Source: Eledone cirrhosa
Taxonomy: Eukaryota
Direction of reading: 5' to 3'
Length of the DNA stretch: 64,000 bases
Assembly (NCBI GenBank): GCA_964016885.1
Contig: OZ024741.1
Coordinates: 72,974,001-73,038,000, forward strand
This document shows, in pieces, positions 57,651 through 64,000 of this stretch (position 1 is its first letter; each line of letters opens with the position of its first letter). The notes below the pieces were generated by a model that did no database searches, was not told the DNA's origin, and saw only the letters and a list, made by a program, of their open reading frames with translations. The translations under genes and the position numbers were made by a program.

Positions 57651-58139
57651 TCATAAATACATACATACATAAATACATACAAAAATACATACACACATAC
57701 TTACATACATACATACATACATGGTGGCTGCCAACTCGTTTTCGAGTACGGCCACTACTTTATATCCATGTAGGAGAACCCCTACCGATGCGCTGAACGA
57801 GTGTGACTTTTTAGTCCAGCCAGCGACTTGAAAATTCTGGTACAAACACTACACTTGTGACAATTATTGACACATAGTGCTGGGCCTATGGTACCATGTG
57901 ACGACAAGTGCAGAGAGATCTCCAGATATAAAGCAATGCCTGTGCCGTGAAGCTTTTATACATAAATACATACATACAGAATGTATAGACATAGAAAAAG
58001 GCTTTAAGTTTGAACGTGAAAGTTCTCAACGAGAAAAATTATCCTAGGTTTGGTGAACGAAGAGATAAAAATTGCATTCCATCAAATTTAAAATGTGGGT
58101 AAGTGAATAAATTAGAAGATAAGCTAAACTATAAATTTA

Positions 58140-58197
<58 letters not shown>

Positions 58198-58285
58198 GTA
58201 ATGATGATGATGATGATGATGATGACGATCATGGTAGTTATGATGATGTTGATGATGGTGATGATGGTGATGATGGTGATGATAA

Positions 58286-59070
58286 TAATTGTTTCTACTT
58301 TTGGCACAAGGCCAGCAATTATCCTAGTGTATTACTGGTACTTTATTTTATCGACCCCGTAAGGATGAGAGGCAAAGTTAACCTTGGCGGGATTTGAACT
58401 CAGACCATAAAGGGCCGTAAAGGGCCGATGGTGATGATAATAATGATGATGATGATACATTCTCCGTCAGTTTCCACAATGAGCATTTAGTCATTCGATC
58501 AACTAATTATCCAAATCGTGAATTAAGCTGTAAGTTGTTGAGTATTCTAGACATGCGTACCCGTAATGTATTTCCAAATCCGAATACGTACGTGTGGTAC
58601 AATAATTAACAAGGTTTGATTACAGGCCGAGTCGATGTTATATTATCGTGGAAGTAGTTGAGTATTCCATAGACACAAGTACTCTTAACGTAATTCCCAA
58701 GCAGCCTGGTAGAATATTTAACATGGTTGGAAATTTGAATTACTGGTACAATACCCCGGCTAGTTTTCATACAGTTTCCGTCTACTTAGTCTCACCCACA
58801 AGACTTGGCACAATCTGAGGCTATGGTAAAGACATTTGCTAAAGATGCTGCAGAATGGGTTCGAACCTGGGATCTCATGGTTGTGAAACGAACTTCGTAA
58901 CCATTTAAGCATGTTTGTATCCACATATATTACTATAAGCGTCCCTTTACGATCTGAGTTCAAATCCTGCCGAGGTTGACTTTGCCTTTCATCCTTACGG
59001 GTTCGATAAAATAAAGTACCAGTAATGCACTGGGTAATTGCTGGTCTTGTGCCTAAAGTAGAAACAATTA
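58286..59070. mobile_element. Cluster of tRNA-SINE copies (58286-58420 -, ~58760-58900 -, 58935-59070 +)
   Basis: Two inverted copies of the gcctttcatcctt family plus a second SINE with ggttcgaacc B box. Confidence 0.75.
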
Positions 59071-59099
59071 TTATAATAACGTATACTCAAAGAAAGGGG

Positions 59100-60000
59100 G
59101 AGTAGAGACAACAAGAGGTAGGTACAAGTTTGTATAATCTGGAATCATTATTGGGGATATAAAAAAATAATCAGCTAATCAGAGGTGGTTTAATAAAGTT
59201 AACTACTGTAAGAAAAAGGTAATGAAGCTTTATAAATTGATGGCTTAAAAGGAATCTGTAGTTAGCCAATTTAATAATTGAATAAATGTATATCTGGAGG
59301 GACGAAAATTGAGTCACGGCTTAGACAATTACATAAATGGATCAAAGGATGGAACTCTATTATATTTAAAGTTCTGGGTTTGTTTGTTACGATTATATAG
59401 TTTATCTGATATATAATTACAAAGTAAGACAGCTATACTGATTAACAACGCGAAATCAATGGTTGTTAATGGAAATTTGCCATTGCTGTTGGTGACAATG
59501 AACCTTATGTTGAAATTGGTTTCTATCTAAGTGAAAATAAATGAAATAATATATAACAGCAAAGAAAGGTTAGTGATATATTAGACATGAGTGTTGGTGG
59601 GTATGGATAGATTATTACCTATTTGGATGTATAATAGATTTAAAGTGTTTTAATGTTCTAAAGATCCTATATCTACAAGATGAGACTAATTCTGAGTTTA
59701 ATAGATATTAAAATTGTATTCCTATATTTTAGATTCTCTGTTTAGTTACATTAACTGGGTGCTCCCACTACTCCCTTGTAAAATGTATCGTTTAACATAA
59801 AGTAACTAACATAGAAGATGCATTTTAAACTTAAATTTTAAGAATATCTTAAGATAATTCAATAATTTGCCAACATACTGTAGTTTATAGTTTCGTTTTT
59901 CTTCATTTTGAAATCTAAGTATTAAGAGATATCGTCAATATAACACCGTAAAGCTGACCTCCTTTAGGTTGGCTTCTACAGGGATAAAGAAACCTAAATC
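59100..60000 (-). pseudogene. Highly decayed PLE-type reverse transcriptase
   Basis: Minus strand 59820-59760 reads CIFYVSYFMLNDTFYKGVVGAP, resembling the PLE 'YFxFNxxFYKQxxGxPMG' motif; many stops. Confidence 0.4.
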
Positions 60001-60128
60001 TTTGTAAGCTTTATGGAGTTTCTTTTGCAATCTATCAATAATTTACCGATCAAAGTAAACACACACACACAAATTAGCAGTAGCATAACATATATATGTT
60101 TATCATATATAAACACATCACATATACC

Positions 60129-60185
<57 letters not shown>

Positions 60186-60299
60186 GATGAACAAACTGAT
60201 ATCTAAAGATAAAGGTGATGTGAAATTGAAATAGTGTGTATGCTTTGTATTGGCAATATTGGCAACATGACCTTCATCAAATATAACTATATACATATA

Positions 60300-60376
<77 letters not shown>

Positions 60377-60478
60377 GCGCATACTCTCACACACAAATTC
60401 ACACACGCACACATACATATATATATATATCATACAAACAGGCACTCACATGAATATGCTGATTCACCGTTATGGAAT

Positions 60479-60565
<87 letters not shown>

Positions 60566-61058
60566 CATGTGTGTATGTCTATATACCATCTTATAATCAT
60601 TTGGAACAGAAAAGAAATGCAATGCATTTAGAAAAAGGAGGCTGTGACGGAAATTGTCGAGGTTATCCGATTAATCACAGATGCTGTAACCATAGAGAAC
60701 ATGGAAGAATATCAATAACTTACAGCATGTTAGGAGATCGATTATTGAAGATGGTGAAGATCAGAAAATATACAGCGGAAGGTTTCCAAGGCACAAAACA
60801 TGAAATAGAAACTGTCCTTAGATTCAATCTATTATCTTCACCACAACTTTTCTGGATCTGTTGCAATCGTAGGGAGTCTCGTTTGTAGTTATATAGGAAA
60901 TAAAATTTAATAGAAAAAAAAAAAAAAAAATCAAATCAAATGAAAAAATAAATTTATGATAAAAGAAAACACTCACGAAACTTTTCTGATTCCTTCAGAT
61001 AGAAACATTCCATAACAAGGAATCGGCGTATGCGTGTATGAGCGTGTTTGTATGCATG

Positions 61059-61092
<34 letters not shown>

Positions 61093-61147
61093 ATATTATA
61101 TATGTATTATATATGTGTATATATATATATATATTATATATATATTA

Positions 61148-61245
<98 letters not shown>

Positions 61246-62236
61246 TTAAAACAATGAAATAAAAAATCAAGTCATTAGAGATATACTTCACTGCTTTACG
61301 ATCGTTTCTAGATGGTGATAATACATTGTATCTATACTCAGTTATTGATCTATGTCAGTTTACAAACTATCAGATAGCGAGAATATTTACTTACATGCAT
61401 ATCACCAGCTGTTTTCAAAAGCAATAATAATTTTATTCAATAATAATTTTACTCAGAATTAGTATCATGTCCATATTTGGAGGTAGTTGAAAAACTAACG
61501 AATCAAATTGTTTTTTTCATATGGTGTTAAGATGAAAAGTAATACACTTTAGTTGAGGTCATGACCCTTTGAAAGGAATGGTTGAAAGGTGTTAGTAGAA
61601 ATGGCATAACAATCTATTAGGAAGGAAAGGGATTGTCAAACTGATAGTTGAATGTATCTTGTATAGTGAATTTAAAAGGAATGTCAAAATAAATGGTGAT
61701 TAGTGTTGTATTGAGTTTTAAGGTGAATATAAATTAATGTTATGGCTAGGAAAGATAGTATATTAAAAGATGAAAATTATAATAAGACAATGTGATATAG
61801 TAATGCGATAATATACAACTTAACCAACAGAATATAGTACGGTGTGGTAAATTGCACTCAGTATAATATAACATATTATACGCTCTAAAATATTACTAAG
61901 TATGTTTATGCATAAACAATCAAACTCAGATAAGTACATGTTGGCATAGTTAAAACACATAAATTTCATAGACTACAAAGTGCATATATTCACACCACAT
62001 ATATAGAGAGGTACAGTTATATTGATATCTAACCAAAATATACATACGTGCAAATAGATGCAAACCTAAATACACATCCACACGCATGCATATAATCATA
62101 TATATAAACATCCCACGCATGCATATAATCATATATATACATATCCATACATATCTATATCCACACATACACATCTATACCCCCATATATACATATACAT
62201 ATACAGATACATACACATATACTCATATAAATATAC

Positions 62237-64000
62237 ATTTACATTCCCATTTGCCCTTTAAAGCATAACTTTCTGTATTTACTGCGGTTATGAGATGCGA
62301 TTCTTATTCGGGTACAACTTCTGATTTTAGCCTAAGAAAATATCTATATGCGTGTGTAATTTATACACGCATATATTTATTTTTTTAATTTTCAATTGAG
62401 TTCTTAACACGTTGGATTGATAATGTTTTCGAAAAAACTAATTAACCCGCGTGTATATCATTTTTTTCCTCCTTTCGTGGATCGTAGTTGTCTCCCCTTC
62501 CCGCTTCGTGTCGCTATCATACTTCCTCAGTCAAAAACTGCTGGAATTTCAAATTTGGCGGTCATTCGATGCGAGAAGGAGCAACTTAACAGACACGATT
62601 TTTGACTGCAGTAAGAATTTCTTTCTTATATCAAAGTTTAATGGGCTTCCACTGATGATTTATAAACGCCCACCTAAATATATTCTTACATGAATATATA
62701 TTAGGCTTCTAGATAAACTGGAAATATTCTCCCAACTTGTAGAAAACTTATAATGAAACAATTGTTTGGAAAGAGAGATATACTTTAACTTTAATTATAT
62801 CTCATAAAATAATACAACTGGTTTTTCCACATTATACATATTGTTCGCACCCAAAACACTTAAATTGGGTTTATATTTAAATATAATCTAATGTTTGTTG
62901 AGTGAGATGGTTACCAATCAGAGTTTAGCTTTAAACTATCTCTGTTATTGTATTAAATATTTACTCTTGATTGGCCAGAGGTGTTTATTTCCAGGTACCT
63001 TATGAATTTGACTTTCCGTATTTATTACTGTTGTGAAATGTTGTGGTTTTTTGGGGTTGTAACTTCTCTGTTTTTTAGCCTAAGAAAATATATATATGCC
63101 TATGTATATAATTACATGCATACATTTATTTTCTTTAATTAATTGAGTTCTTTACACGAGGAATTGATATTAGTTTTGAAATAACTAATTAACCCGCGTG
63201 TGTTTTATATTTTACTCTTAATTCGGCCGGAGATTTACATTCCCATTTGCCCTTTAAAGCATAACTTTCTGTATTTACTGCGGTTATGAGATGCGGTTCT
63301 TATTCGGGTACAACTTCTGATTTTAGCCTAAGAAAATATCTATATGCGTGTGTAATTTATACACGTATATATTTATTTTTTAAATTTTCAATTGAGTTCT
63401 TAACACGTTGGATTGATAATGTTTTCGAAAAAACTAATTAACCCACGTGTATATTATTTTTTTCCTCCTTTCGTGGATCGTAGTTGTCTCCCCTTCCCGC
63501 TTCGTGTCGCTATCATACTTCCTCAGTCAAAAACTGCTGGAATTTCAAATTTGGCGGTCATTCGATGCGAGAAGGAGCAACTTAACAGACACGATTTTTG
63601 ACTGCGGTAAGAATTTCTTTCTTATATCAAAGTTTAATGGGCTTCCACTAATGATTTATAAACGCCCACCTAAATATATTCTTACATGAATATATATTAG
63701 GCTTCTAGATAAACTGGAAATATTCTCCCAACTTGTAGAAAACTTATAATGAAACAATTGTTTGGAAAGAGAGATATACTTTAACTTTAATTATATCTCA
63801 TAAAATAATACAACTGGTTTTTCCACATTATACATATTGTTCGCACCCAAAACACTTAAATTGAGTTTATATTTAAATATAATCTAATGTTTGTTGAGTG
63901 AGATGGTTACCAATCAGAGTTTAGCTTTAAACTATCTCTGTTATTGTATTAAATATTTACTCTTGATTGGCCAGAGGTGTTTATTTCCAGGTACCTTATG
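62237..64000. repeat. 996-bp near-identical tandem duplication, running off the window end
   Basis: 62237.. recurs at 63233..; ORF pairs 62417/63413 and 62451/63447 are offset by 996. Confidence 0.95.

Noticed and set aside
58935-59070. tRNA gene suggested by the gagttcaaatc B box
   Set aside because: No cloverleaf; part of a multi-copy SINE.
61284-61335. HHR-like string on the minus strand (ctgagta-tagat..atcta-GAAAC-gatc-GTA)
   Set aside because: Core deviates from CUGANGA and stem I does not pair; at most a decayed copy.
62648-62700. ctgatga within the 996-bp unit
   Set aside because: No stems or GAAA; the second copy reads ctaatga.

Overview
Repeat-saturated animal genomic DNA with no confidently identifiable host gene. 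The SINE types, microsatellite load and RTE/Penelope content suggest a cephalopod such as Octopus (inference only). The first ~18 kb is mostly triplet-derived minisatellite, which explains nearly all of the long low-complexity ORFs. 18.4-42.4 kb is a nest of Penelope-like elements (PLEs) and non-coding derivatives inserted into (TA)n tracts: one near-intact PLE (RT + GIY-YIG, one frameshift, two pseudo-LTRs), decayed PLEs, solo or fold-back pseudo-LTRs and a 523-bp tandem non-coding unit. Read by eye, this region holds about 19 minimal type I hammerhead ribozyme (HHR) motifs in about 9 distinct sequence families. Two families have the compensatory U3-A8 core, and several sit in divergent fold-back palindromes. 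The 523-bp unit resembles a retrozyme (candidate circular RNA). 41-58 kb holds two inverted RTE-clade LINEs with C-terminal C2H2 fingers and microsatellite-filled 3' UTRs, bipartite non-autonomous RTE derivatives, tRNA-SINEs and remnants of CR1, L1/Tx1 and RLE-type LINEs; a mariner remnant lies at 37.6-38.6 kb. The window ends in a 996-bp tandem duplication. All RNA folds and alignments were done by eye and boundaries are approximate.
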